Origin: Eledone cirrhosa
Taxonomy: Eukaryota
Direction of reading: 5' to 3'
Assembly (NCBI GenBank): GCA_964016885.1
Contig: OZ024755.1
Span: 13,702,001 to 13,766,000, forward strand
Length of the DNA stretch: 64,000 bases
Shown: positions 18,650-33,809 of the stretch, piece by piece
How positions within the stretch are numbered: the stretch's first letter is position 1
How the letters are laid out: each line of letters starts with the position of its first letter
Made by a program: the position numbers and the translations under genes
The notes under the pieces: generated by a model
The model's database searches: none
Seen by the model: only the letters and a program-made list of their open reading frames with translations
Told to the model about the DNA's origin: nothing

Positions 18650-18737
18650 TGGTAAGGGGGTCATACTTGTTCCTAAATATATATATATATATATATAGGA
18701 ACAAGTATGACCCCCTTACCACTATTCCTTCGTTATA
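18650..18737. repeat. 26-bp perfect inverted repeat around a TA spacer, plus short extension
   Basis: TGGTAAGGGGGTCATACTTGTTCCTA (18650-18675) / TAGGAACAAGTATGACCCCCTTACCA (18696-18721). Confidence 0.9.
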
Positions 18738-19424
18738 TAAATATATATATGCACACACCTATGTTTGTGTCGATACACGTATTTTTCAACATGCATATAT
18801 ATTTGTGTGTATATATATATATATTTCTACGTTTTTATTTATATATTCTTTTTTTCTTTTCACCTATTGTCCCTACAGATAGTTTATATGATGTTTTAAT
18901 GTTTAAAAAATCATTTTCAACATTGTTAGATAGCATTATACTTGAGCGTAAAAAAACGCAACAACAAAACCTTGAAGGCGAAGATAGAGAAGGCTGTCGC
19001 CCGCAGACATCTGACGATTAGTGTACACACTTCATTACCTAAGGCAATAAAACATCGTATAGATATATATTGAAAAAACATTGTATGTAAAGTTACAAGG
19101 AACGGAAAGCTAAATCTCAAAGAATGCCTAGAGTTATTTAGAGAATGATATGATGATTCAGACTTGTATGCTTTTTAAGTGATAAACTCACTTTATGAAC
19201 AAGGAGTTTTGTAAAAACAAAACACAAACCTGTTTAGTTTGTGTGTTTCATATGTTTTGTCTTTTACAACTTGCAGCAATATTACGTCATCGCTGTTGCT
19301 TCTATCATCATCTAGAATTGTGGTGGGAGCGCTTCAATGAAGCAATGTACCATCTCACTACATTATTATGTCGTGAAGTCTTTATCGGTTCATATCCTGG
19401 TGTTGTCCGCTAATTTTGTTTTTC

Positions 19425-20108
19425 TGACTTCCTTGTCTTTTCATCCACTCGACTATTCTTTGAAGGATGTACATCATAGCTTGTCACCTGTTTCAATTGT
19501 AGTATTGAGGCTGTGATATCTCACTTAAGTAGTGGTTCAACCATTTTCTTTGGGGTCTATCCCTGGGTTTTGCCCGTACAATCTGTCCACCTATTCTTTC
19601 CTTAGACATTCTAACCACAATCCGTAGTATTGACGCCTTGTTATCTCAATTAAGTAGTAGTTCTACCTGGAGCGACTTTCAGATCTTCAAGCTCCGCACT
19701 CTATCAACGTTATTCCAAAGACATTTTGCCAGAATCAAAATCAGAGCTGCGTAGACTGAGACACTCGTCCTCTCAAGGAAGTCTATGTAGTGCACTTTAC
19801 ATGTGAGTGAAGTTCTTGTGTCTCGCGGCCGTGTTCACGAGTGGTGGAAGGTAGGAGGCTGAATTATATGCACGAATTGCAGGAGCTGGTGCAGTAATGC
19901 GTCAGCTTCAGCATTCGGTCATCAGAAGTAGTGGGGTAGGTTTTAAAAGCCAAAGTCGCTATCTTCAATTCAGTATTCATGCCTAACCTTACCTATGGTC
20001 ATTAATCTTGATTAATGACCGGAAGAATACGATCACGAATATAAAGTGCACCCTGCTATAATAAAGACAAGGCAGGATATATTGGAATTAATGTTGTACT
20101 ATAAAGTA
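19425..20108. pseudogene. Degenerate RTE-clade ORF2 fragment with internal inversion
   Basis: + strand ~19715-20105 reads KFLCLAAVFTSGGR*EAELYARIAGAGAVMRQL..AKVAIFNSVFMPNLTYGH; - strand 19710-19430 reads DRVRSLKI*KSLQVELLL..VVRMSKER..PRDRPQRKW, the downstream continuation. Confidence 0.7.
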
Positions 20109-20654
20109 TGTACTAAACCCGAATGTTTGCCCGACCGAAGCTCATTCTAGTTTGATTGGCGTTAAGCCAGTGGGACTACAAGACTACGCCCACCCTATGC
20201 ACCCCTGGCCGGGACGCTAATCCATAGCAAAGTTATCTCCCAACTGTTGCTGGAACTAATTTTTCAACAGTGTTGACTGTCACAATGACAAATGAAGTAT
20301 TTTGCTCAAGAACACACACCACACCGGTCTGCCCGGCAATCAAAATCACGACATTACTATTGTAGACTCAATATTCTAACGCATTGTCCGAAACAATATA
20401 GGATGGTCATGTCTGGAATATATTTGATCATATGTCGGTTCAATCAGGAATGAAGCGGAGCTCAACTACCCATCACCTAGTTAATTCATTTCTTCCTAAT
20501 TACAATGCAATAACTGTTTCAGCCATCATTATGTAGTTCTCAATAAAAACATTTGCTCTCTCATGTATTTCAAAAGCTTTCAAATTATCGTATAGAAATA
20601 GTAAGAATCGCATTGAACTAGTGCTCACATCTACGGCACAGTATTATAGCTACT

Positions 20655-20761
<107 letters not shown>

Positions 20762-21024
20762 TAGCACATCATTGCTTCTGTATACACACGCTCATATGTC
20801 TATGGCACAACGTTGCTTCTGTATACACACACATACATGTCTATAACACATCGTTGCTTCTGTACATATACACACACACTCGTCTATGGCACATTGTTTC
20901 TACTGTTCGTACACATACAGACATACACACTCTCTAGACCACATCTAAAAGAAGGCCATTTGATTAATTGCCAATGATTCACGCACCAACATACTTCAAC
21001 AATTATACTTCAGACATACGCTTT

Positions 21025-21512
21025 CTTCTCTGTCTCCTCTATAGCTACAATTAGCCTACAGATGTACTCTGTTTTCTCTCTATCTCATCTATAACTGCAG
21101 TTAGCCAACAAATGTCCTGTCTCTCCTCTCTATATCCTCTATATCTACAATTAGTCAACAGATGGACGGTTAGCCGACATATGTACTGTCTCTCCTCTCT
21201 GTCTTCTCTCTAACTACAATTAGCCAACAGATGCTCTGTCTCTCCTCTCTGTCTTCTCTTTAACTACAATTAGCCAACAGATGCTCTGTCTCTCCTCTCT
21301 GTCTTCTCTCTAACTACAATTAGCCAACAGATGCTCCGTCTCCATCTCTGTCTTCTCTTTAACTACAATTAGCCAACAGATGCTCTGTCTCCCCTCTCTG
21401 TCTTCTCTTTAATCACAATTAGCCAACAGATGCTCTGTCTCCCCTCTGTCTTCTATTTAACTACAATTAGCCAACAGATGCTCTGTCTCTCATCTCTGTC
21501 TTCTATATAACT
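21025..21512. repeat. 50-bp tandem repeat, about 9 units
   Basis: Unit AACTACAATTAGCCAACAGATGCTCTGTCTCTCCTCTCTGTCTTCTCTTT. Confidence 0.93.
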
Positions 21513-22273
21513 CTGCGTCTTCACTAGATCTTCTAAACCACTAGGTTTATCAGTTCGATTCCCAGATCAGGTGATGCATTGTGTCTTTGAGCAAGTCACT
21601 TTATTTCACATTGCTCCAGTGGTCAGAGGACTTATCCCTTTCTACTGTATTAACGATATCGAAAACTCTAGTAACAATACAACATGACCTGTTGATGAAG
21701 CCGCCCCCCTCATTTCTCCACACCGGGCTGAGATGGAGCCGTCTCTTTCATCTTCCAAACCGTTTTCCTCAACACTATAATCACTACGTTCACCTCACAA
21801 ACACTTCACTAAATTTACTAAATACTGAGTCAAGTCCTCCCTTTGCAGTACTGCAATCATCTCACGCTATATGGAAAATATTTCTATGAGGCAATATATA
21901 TATATATCATCATCATCGGTTTAACGTCTATCTTCCACGTTAGCATGATTAGACGGGTGTTGTCCCACTTGAGACAAGATTAGTCGGGGTGACCGTGTCT
22001 TGCTCGTATAGGACTATCTGGCAGGTTTTCTATGGCTGGATGCCCTTCCTAACACCACACACACACACACACACACACATATATAAACACACACACACAT
22101 ATATATATACATACACACACACATTCTGTCATTAAGCAAACAGAAGTCTGATGAGCTTTTGTTTCCAGAGTCAAGGCCCAATTGATAGAGATTGAACCTT
22201 GAGTTGATCAATCATGAAACGCGCATCACACCTGAATAAACTTAACGATAATTTGAATACCTCATCCATACTT

Positions 22274-22561
22274 CATCATCATCATCATTTTACGTCCCGC
22301 TTTTCCCTGCTTGCAAGGGTGGGACGGGTCCTATTCAAGCATCTCTCCACTTATCACCTCCACCGTGAGCTTCAGCGATTAGAGGTCTGCTCTCACCACC
22401 TCCGCCCATGTTTTTCGTGGTCTTCCTCTACTGCGTCTTCCTTCAAGTGGCATTTCTTGGCACTTCTTTACCCAGCGTCATCCTCCATGCGCATCACATG
22501 TCCATACCATCACAGTCTTCTCTCTCGCACACTACTACTTATCCCTCTTAAACACAGTTTC
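22274..22561 (-). mobile_element. RTE LINE 3' end (5'-truncated) with (GAT)n tail
   Basis: Minus strand reads VRERRL*WYGHVMRMEDD / WVKKCQEMPLEGRRSRGRPRKTWAEVVRADL. Confidence 0.85.
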
Positions 22562-22790
22562 AATGAAAGAAGTTTGTTAGACTATATATATGTGTTTATA
22601 TCTATATTATATCTGTATTTTTGACCGTTTGATCAGTCAATGATAAACATTGATGAGCAAATGAATTATCTGTGGAGATATAAAAGATACAGAAGCGAAA
22701 ACCAGCCACACAGTGAGTGTGTTCTGTTATTATTTCTGGCATAATATTATTACACCAATATGACCCTCCCCAAGTATAACAATATATATA
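22561..22790 (+). mobile_element. pLTR fragment (family of 16601/27272/51452), truncated at the hammerhead GAAA
   Basis: Ends ATGACCCTCCCCAAGTATAACAATATAT; aligns by eye with 27356-27565. Confidence 0.7.
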
Positions 22791-22850
22791 TATATATCAT
22801 CATCATCATCACCGTTTTACGTCCATACTAGCATGGTTAGACGGATTGTC

Positions 22851-24253
<1,403 letters not shown>

Positions 24254-24515
24254 TTAAAAGAATAGTGGTGTAACACACAAGTTATGATATATTGGTAAAC
24301 GGAATAGAAAAATGCCGACAAATTGTTCACAGTGAAAAATAGTTTAATTAGGAATAAGTGAGAATTAGTAATAGTATTGGTTAGTATTCAGTTTTGGTTT
24401 TAAAACAAAAACTGAATACTAACCAATACTATTACTAATTCTCACTTATTCCTAATTAAACTATTTTTCACTGTGAATAATTTGTCAGCATTTTCTATTC
24501 CGTTTCCCAATATAT
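24254..24515. repeat. Spacerless palindrome (~115-bp arms) with 33-bp unpaired extension, inserted in (TA)n
   Basis: 24287-24401 is the reverse complement of 24402-24515 with a few mismatches; centre GTTTT|AAAAC. Confidence 0.92.
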
Positions 24516-25111
24516 ATATATATATATACATCTATATATATATATATATTATATATACATATATATTCATATATACAGTATATATATATACATATATATA
24601 CAGTATATATACATATATATATGTACAGTATATATTATATACATATATATATATACAGTATATATATATACATATATATATACTATACATATATATATAT
24701 ACAGTATATATATATACATATATATATATACATATATATATATATACAGTATATATATATACATATATATATATACAGTATATATATACATACATATATA
24801 TATATATACAGTATATATATACATACCACAGTATATATATACATACATATATATATATACAGTATATATCTATACATATATATATATATATATACAGTAT
24901 ATCTATACACATATATATATATATATACAGTATATATCTATACATATATATATATATATATTACAGTATATATCTATACATATATATACAGTATATATCT
25001 ATACATATATATATATATATACAGTATATATCTATACATATATATATATATACAGTATATATCTATATATACATATACAGTATATATCTATATATACATA
25101 TACAGTATATT

Positions 25112-25143
<32 letters not shown>

Positions 25144-25302
25144 TACATATAATATATATACATATATAATATATATAGTATACATATCTACATATATATA
25201 TATACAGTATATATATATTTATATATATACAGTATATAATATATATATACATATATATATATATATATTATACATTATATATATATATATATATAACAGT
25301 AT

Positions 25303-25360
<58 letters not shown>

Positions 25361-25418
25361 ATATATACATATACATATATATACATATATATATATATAC
25401 AGTATATATATATATACA

Positions 25419-25451
<33 letters not shown>

Positions 25452-25816
25452 CATATATATACAGTATATATATATATATACATACATATATATATATACA
25501 TATATATACAGTATATATATATATATACATACAGTATATATATATACATATACAGTATATATATATACATATACAGTATATATATAGATACATATACAGT
25601 ATATATATAGATACATATACAGTATATATATATATATACATATACAGTATATATATATATATACATATACAGTATATATATATATATACATATACAGTAT
25701 ATATATATATATACATATACAGTATATATATATATACATATACAGTATATATATATATACATATACAGTATATATATATATACATATACAGTATATATAT
25801 ATATATACATATACAG

Positions 25817-25847
<31 letters not shown>

Positions 25848-25954
25848 TATATATATATATATATATATATATACAGTATATATATATATATATATATACA
25901 GTATATATATATATATATATATATACAGTATATATATATATATATATATATACA

Positions 25955-25988
<34 letters not shown>

Positions 25989-26196
25989 TATATATATATA
26001 TATATAGTATATATATATATATATATATATACAGTATATATATATATATATACAGTATATATATATATATATATATATACAGTATATATATATATATATA
26101 TACAGTATATATATATATATACAGTATATATATATATATATATATATACAGTATATATATATATATATATACAGTATATATATATATATATATACA

Positions 26197-26230
<34 letters not shown>

Positions 26231-26245
26231 TATATATATATATAT
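24516..26245. repeat. (TA)n array with TACA/TACAG variants
   Basis: Directly visible. Confidence 0.97.
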
Positions 26246-26296
26246 GCCCCAGCATGGCCTCAGCCGAATGGCAGAAACAGGTAAAAGAGTAAAAGA

Positions 26297-26372
<76 letters not shown>

Positions 26373-26502
26373 GAAGTTCTATTTAAATTGTTGGGATACA
26401 ACAAGAAAATATTTTTATAACTGATATAAAGCACTCAACAAATTATTGGAGTAAAAATACGATATATTAACAAATGGAAACTATATTTATAAAACCATAT
26501 TT

Positions 26503-26565
26503 ATTTCATTATACATATTTCAAGGACACCAATTTAAATTATGGTGTGCTTTCATCAGATAAAAT
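26503..26565 (-). ncRNA. Minimal hammerhead ribozyme (mirror copy)
   Basis: Reverse complement of 26612-26674. Confidence 0.75.
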
Positions 26566-26611
26566 ATAATATAGATCAGTTTTATTTATTTATAAAACTG
26601 ATCTATATTAT

Positions 26612-26674
26612 ATTTTATCTGATGAAAGCACACCATAATTTAATTTGGTGTCCTTGAAATATGTATAATGAAAT
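26612..26674 (+). ncRNA. Minimal type I hammerhead ribozyme
   Basis: ATTTTAT-CTGATGA-AAG c ACACCA..TGGTGT c CTT-GAAA-TATGTA-TA-ATGAAAT. Confidence 0.78.
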
Positions 26675-26715
26675 AAATATGATTTTTTATAAATATAGTT
26701 TCCATTTGTTAATAT

Positions 26716-26815
<100 letters not shown>

Positions 26816-27271
26816 TATATATATATATATACTTATACTTTCGTGTGAATAAATAAGGTCATATATATATATATATATATACACAAGTCTGGTTGTATGT
26901 GTATATGTGTGTATCTCTAGTATTACTATGCAAATAAATAATTATCTGATCTTATCTGAACTTAGAAAGTCTATTTTACCATCTCTTAAATCTAAACTAA
27001 TGCACTCATATCTTCTGATATCTTCTCATCTTGACTATTCTCCTCATAACTCCCCATATCGCCCCCATCATGGCTATTTGTGTTTGTCTCATCAGCACAA
27101 GCTAACACTGGATATAAAAAATGTATGATGTAAAAGTGTAGAATATCACTTAAGAGACATAAATCATGAAATATATATATGTATAGCCTATTGTTAGAAT
27201 CTAAAATATATACATATTTGATATATACCTATATATAAACACACACATACACACACACATACATATATATA

Positions 27272-27565
27272 TAAGATGGTGTATAAGAAAGATGGCGTAG
27301 ATATACAATACACCAGGAGGAACATAATAGCACCACTGCCGATGTTGCAGATGTGCAACGAAAGAACTTTGTTAGACTATATATATATATGTGTTTACGT
27401 ATTTTTGACCGTTGGTCAGTCAATGGTAAACATTGAGGACCGAATGAATTAACTGATATAAAAGATACAGAAGCGAAAACCAACCAAGCAGTGAGTGTGT
27501 TCTGTTATTAATTCTGGCAATATTATTACAACAATATGACCCTCCCCAAGTATAACAATATATAT
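27272..27565 (+). mobile_element. pLTR fragment with degenerate hammerhead (27333-27372)
   Basis: CTGCCGA-t-GTTGCA gatg TGCAAC-GAAA-GAACT; ends ATGACCCTCCCCAAGTATAACAATAT like 51452-51692. Confidence 0.65.
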
Positions 27566-27569
27566 ATAT

Positions 27570-27884
27570 TGGTTCTAGCATTGGCCTTGCAATCAAAAGG
27601 TTGTGAGTTCAATTCTCAGACCGGGTGATGTGTTGTTTCCTTAAGCAAGACACTTTATTTCACATTGCTCCAGTTTACTCAGCTGTAGAAATGAGATGAT
27701 AGGGACTGGGGTCCATATCATTCCACTGCAAAGTGGTCGTGTAGGTGCCACGGCAAAAAAGCACCCAGCACTCACTGTAAATGAGGTTGGTGTTAGGAAG
27801 GGCATCCAGATGTAGAAATCAAGCCAGAATCAGTTCCCGTCCCACCCTTGCAAGCAGGGAAAAGCAGACGTAAAATGATGATGA
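27570..27884 (+). mobile_element. tRNA-derived SINE, family B, with RTE-type 3' tail
   Basis: GAGTTCAATTC B-box; tail CCCACCCTTGCAAGCAGGGAAAAGCAGACGTAAAATGATGATG shared with the RTE at 22274. Confidence 0.8.
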
Positions 27885-27888
27885 TATA

Positions 27889-28085
27889 TTTATTAAAATA
27901 ACAGATTAAAGTTTAAGCAAAGAATCGCTGCTTTCACCCTTCTAACGGGATCTTCTGAAACTAGAGAAATCAATGTGTGAACGCAGAAGTAAATATTTCG
28001 AAAAACGTTGCAGCCGAAGGAAAACAGGAAGACGATACTTTTGTTCGTGAAGACGTTCCCTGGTAATGAACGGAAAAAGCGAAGA
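27889..28085 (-). mobile_element. Second copy of the 62800-62995 element body
   Basis: TTATTAAAATAACAGATTAAAGTTTAAGCAAAGAATCGCTGCTTTCACCCTT is the reverse complement of 62943-62995. Confidence 0.75.
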
Positions 28086-30177
28086 TAATACGTCATTATG
28101 TAGCACGATGAGAACAAATAAACGCAAAGACAAAACCACGTTAATACTATAAATGAAGTCGTAGACTAATATTCTATTTAGGAAACCGAATGATTCTCGG
28201 CTTCAGAGTTAAGAATAATGTAAATAAATTAGTAGAACGAAAGTGATAGAGGTTATTAAAATCAACAATAATAAATATATACATACACGCATCCATAGAC
28301 GTACATAAACATGCATACGCGAAAACGCCCGCCATGCATGCATAAACAAGCACGTACACATAAACGCGCATACATACATAAACCCGCGCGATACCTATAC
28401 CCGCACACATACGAATGTATACACCAAATACACATAAAAAAAATATATATGTGTGTGCATATGTGTATACATATAATTATATAAACGTATATAAATATAC
28501 ACCCATAAATACGTATATAACGCCCCCACACACACATACCTAAATGTCTACTTTACCTGTTTTGAGATTCTGAATACTACTTTTTTCCCCAACACAAAAT
28601 TATTGTTTTGCATTATAATAGTTATTCCTAGGAGTTATGATTGACAGACAGTATCTGCAATGTAAAGACCAATGTAAATATGTAACACACACATGCTGGT
28701 GTCATGGATGGTAAATGCATTGCCTAGTACGATGACATACAGCCTGTGTTGAAGGTAAATAACCAAGTCGTTTTTATGTATGTAAGGAGTGTGCAATAAT
28801 CACATTGAGTATGCACTGAATTAAGGATTCACATACAGTATGTACACACAGAGACCTCCCACACATACACACAGATCCCCCACACCGACACACAGATCCC
28901 CCAAACATAGACCTACACATAGACCCTTCCCCACCACACACACACGTGCCTTATAAATTTTGTCAGTGTTTTGAATATAAAATACATTTGAATCTTGACT
29001 TTCTTCCGGCAGTACCCCGCATATACATAATATTTATACACACACATGCACTCACACTCACATATATATAATATTTGTGAAAGGTTTTCAAAGAAAACGT
29101 ATTTTGAAATACATTAAATCCTTTCTTTTTTTACTTTTTCATTACATAATATATCAAAATAAACCAGAAACTGAAGCTATTATATATTCAAATTAATGCA
29201 GTAAATGTGATTAATATTTTGCATAATTTATTTATTCATAAAATCCAGGGCAAATTTGAAAATATATTGGCAAGTTATTTTGAAATAAAATATATAATTT
29301 ATAAATTTATTTCAAATAGGTAATAATATATTTTTCATATATGACTTTAATACCTGATTTAAGGTTTATATTTTTGCTGATTGTTAAATTATTTGTGGCT
29401 GTAGGTTATTTCTATTATTTAAATATTTCTCCATTTTCATATCTGAATGGTAACTTTCTTCTCATTAGTTTACATTAATATAGTTAGCGCTCTCATCATC
29501 ATTCTCATCATGATTATTATCGTCATCAATATCATCATCATCGATATCATCATTTTTATTGTCATAATGAATTATGACAATAAATTATTGTCATAATCAT
29601 TATCATCATTATCAACAGTCATCATAATTTTCATCATCATTGGCATCACCATTGTCCTCATAATTGTTATCACCATCATTATTGCATTCATCAGTGATAG
29701 GAATGATATCCAGCTATAGAAAGCTATAGATATCTTGCTAATGAAAGAGTTAGGAGGGCCCATCAGTTATGTCAAAGATATAACAAGCTTTCTAGTGCTG
29801 GTGATCTTCATGATAAATGCACCTAGTACATGATGTAAAATGGTTGGTGATTGGAAAGGCATCAACTTATAGAAATCTTACCAAACAAAGAGTCGAGAGG
29901 ACCTTTCAGTTATTTCAAAGACAAGATGGTTTCCTTAGTGCTGGTAACACAATAGAATGCATTCTGTGGAGCACAGGATCATATGTAAGCAGGATGTGGA
30001 CACCTGGATTAATAGAGGGTTCAGTAACCCCAGATTGAGTCCTGACTCATTCTGTGAAGATCCATTCAATCCTTGTTAACAGGGAAAACAGACGTTAAAT
30101 GATGGTGATTATAATGATGATAAACATCACTGCTTGTTTGATATGGTGTTCATATGAGGACATGTGGAGACAAAGGT

Positions 30178-30243
<66 letters not shown>

Positions 30244-31256
30244 GACAAGTTTCCTCACAATTTCCCTCTACTCAATTGGTTCATGAGGCATTAGTTAGTT
30301 TGAACATATTAAAAACACTTATCCAAGATACCAAGCAGTGGGTTGGAACAATAAACCAGGAGGTTGTTAAACACATTTCTTAACCATGCAGCCATTCCTA
30401 CACCTCTAAGTCATAATAACTTTATTCAGTATTTTTTGGAAAACCTAGCAATCATATTTCTAGGATACATGTTGTATTGAATTTTCTGTCATGATCAATC
30501 CATTGCATTTCTATATTAAATAGCGACACGTTATCCAAAATGCCTAAAGTAAAAAATCAGAATCATAAACCTGTAAGGCCAGGAACTGCAAATCAGTGTT
30601 ACTAATGCAGTTATTATATATTTCACACAGCCATGTTTCTCCCCCTCCCCCATCACTCTCGCTCGCTTTATATACATGCATATACATATATATATATATA
30701 GAAACAAAGATATATATATATATGTATGGAAAGAGAAATATATATATATATATATGTATGAAAAGAGTAATATATATATATATATGTATGTATGAAAAGA
30801 GTAATATATATATATCACATATACTCATGCTTTCAAACATTACTACAAGTCTATACACATAGAAGTGAATATATCTCTCTCTATCTATTTATTTATATAA
30901 TATAATATAAATAATATATGTAGATTAACTAAATATAAACATTTCGAGGCATAAATATTATATAATATATTTTCTTTTAATATACATATATATGTGTGTA
31001 TATATATATAATTTATATATGCATATGTATGTGTGTGTATATATATATATATATTTATTGTATATGTGCCCTGAAATGCTTTTTGTTTGGTTAGTCTATA
31101 TTTTGTATTCAGTTAATCTATATATTAATATATTACATTATATAGCACTAAACCCAGTTTATAGTGCACTCACATAGATTTATTGCATTCCTGATGTATT
31201 TTGATGTATCTCAGGCATTTTATGTGTGTGTATATGTATCATTTAAAGTTTGCTAT

Positions 31257-31302
<46 letters not shown>

Positions 31303-31659
31303 CATACATACACACAAACACATACACAAGCCCACAAAAAATACATATCAGCTGCTGCACGTATCCAGTTTACAATACTCCATGGTAAAGGTATGCATCA
31401 TAAGAGGTGATACAAATGGTGGAAGATCTGCATCATGCAGATCTGAGCAAGCTTGACCTGAGGATGAGGATGATGATGATGACGACGATGACCACGACAG
31501 TGTTGACAATGATGATGATGATGGGGGGGGGGGGGGTATGACAGGTTGTTAAATCTGTCTCTCTTTCTATTCCAGACCATTCCCAAACAATCTTGTACCT
31601 CTTTCCTGACAGATAGATAGATAGAAAGCATGTCACAATTTATAACACAACAAACATTT

Positions 31660-31980
31660 TGAGCCCAATAACCATGCTAAAGCAAGGGTTAGATATGCGA
31701 GTCCCATGACAAGTTTCTCAATTTTGCTGTATATCCTTTTATTTCCTCTTCCATGTCTTTCCTGGCCTTCCCCACTTCCTCTACTTTCTTCCACATTAAT
31801 GTCACCAATACATGTCCCATCCATTTCATTATATGTCTCTTCACAACATGTATTACTAGCTCCATGCCTTTCATTGCTAGTTATCCTCTCACAAAGTGAC
31901 ACTCCTTATTCAGCAACCTTTACTGATTTCCATTCTTCTCAGCCTTTTCTATTGCTTCACATTCATTACCCATATCCATA
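31660..31980 (-). mobile_element. Degenerate RTE 3' fragment
   Basis: Minus strand KWMGHVL and GR-PGKTW-like remnants; CCATGCT..AGCA tail motif. Confidence 0.5.
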
Positions 31981-32236
31981 TACGAGTGTTGGCTGAAAAG
32001 AAAGTTTATAGGCTGACCAAGATACTCTCATGGAATGACTAAATGAGGTTTATTTTTCAACATAGACCCTGGAAAAAAACAATCATCATCATCATCTTCA
32101 CCACTAAATATCTATTTTTCCATGCTAGCATTGCTTTTTATTAATACAAAGATTTGAAATTAATGCATGCAAGATTTCACTGCCCTTGCATCACTTCTTC
32201 ATAGTCAGCTTATGAACATTTCAGCTTGCTCTGGTA
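31981..32236. mobile_element. Tc1/mariner-like MITE, copy 1
   Basis: Starts TACGAG..GCTGAAAA..TATAGGCTGAC, ends GTCAGCTTATGAAC..TTCAGC..GTA; matches 35830-36007. Confidence 0.65.
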
Positions 32237-32759
32237 TTGTAGCAAAAGAGCTAAAAGAAGATTTGACCTATGAGATGGCAATGTAATAACCATATCCACA
32301 CAGCCATTCTACTGCTACTGCTGCTGCTAAAGATATGTTGTTAGTTGGAAGTGTTAAATCATAATTATAATTGTTAAATTACCCATGTTTATGATATAGT
32401 TCTGCTCCAGTAGAGCTGAATGTAGTTTCATGTCATCATCCTCAACATTGCCATCATTACCATCATCAGCAACAGCATCATCATAATGAGCATCCTCATC
32501 ATCACCGTAAGTATCATCATCATCAGTAGCAGCATCAAATTCATTAGCAGGAGCTGCATAATGACAATTATCATTATTATTATCTTTGTCCTCCTCCCCC
32601 TCCTCCTTCTCATTATCATCCTGCTCATCATTACTACCATCATCATCATTATTACTGCATCACTTCATCCCCCCCCCACACCACCACCTCCACCACTGTT
32701 ATCATCATCTTCAACAACAACTATAATGATAATTCATAGTAATGGCATGTCCAAATAAT

Positions 32760-33778
32760 TTGAGGGAAGTGTATAATTAATTGAACCAACTATGGTACTT
32801 ACTGGTAATTGTTCTATTGACCCTGGTGGGATGAAAGCAAAAGTAAATCCTCCTGGGATTTGAACTCAGAAGCTAAAAGAGTATAACTAAATACTGCGTG
32901 TTTTTTTGGTTCACTGGTCTACTGATTCTGTAATAAACGATCTTAGTAATAATTGTTTCTACTTTTAGCACAAGGCCAGCAATTTGAAGTGAAGGAGAAA
33001 GTTGATTAAATTGACCCCAGTGCATTACTGGTACTTTATTTTATTGACCTAGGCAAGATTTGAACACAGAACATAATTGATCGTAACTATATGTCGTAAA
33101 GCATGTTGCCCAATACTGCCAATCCACCACTCTAACAGTAATTATCATCACTATTTTACGTCCATTCTTCCACGCTAGCATGGGTTAGATGGGTTGTCCT
33201 GTTGTGGGAAGTGTCCGGTCGACTGACCTTGTCTTGCTCATGCGGGAACTGATTCTGGCTTGATTTCTACAGCTGGATGCTCTTCCTAACACAAATCTTA
33301 TTTAAAGCGAGTACTGGGTGCTTTTTTTGCCATGGCACCTCCACGACCACTTTGCAGTGGAATGATAGGGACCACAGTCCTATCATCTCATTTCTACAGC
33401 TGAGTAAACTGGAGCAATGTGAAATAAAGTGTCATGCTCGAGGAAACAACACATCACCCGGTCCGAGAATTGAACCCCCAATCTTTCGATTGCAAGCCCA
33501 CTGCTTAACCACTAAGTCATGTGCCTTCACATAATAATAATAGTAATAATAATAATAATAATGGTTTCTTATATAGGCACAAGGCCAGTAATTCTGGGGT
33601 AGGGGAAAGTCGATTAAATTGACCCCAGTACATGATTGGTACTTTATTTTATCGACCCCGTAAGGATGAAAGACAAAGCTAACCTCGGCGGGATTTGAAC
33701 TCAGATCATAAAGGGCCGTAACTCTATGCTACAAAGCATGGCGTCCAACCCTCTACCGATACTGCCAATCCACCGCCC
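32760..33778 (-). mobile_element. SINE cluster: family A (32760-32935, 32953-33132, 33563-33778) and family B (33145-33531)
   Basis: Reverse complements match 9337-9548 and 27570-27884; (TAA)n spacers. Confidence 0.85.

Positions 33779-33809
<31 letters not shown>

Noticed and set aside
21025-21512. CRISPR-like repeat
   Set aside because: Contiguous 50-bp minisatellite without spacers.
28631-28754. AG...GT bounded exon candidates (also 36781-36886 and minus strand 10500-10590)
   Set aside because: Stops in the plausible frames or no homology recognised; splice-like motifs alone are insufficient.
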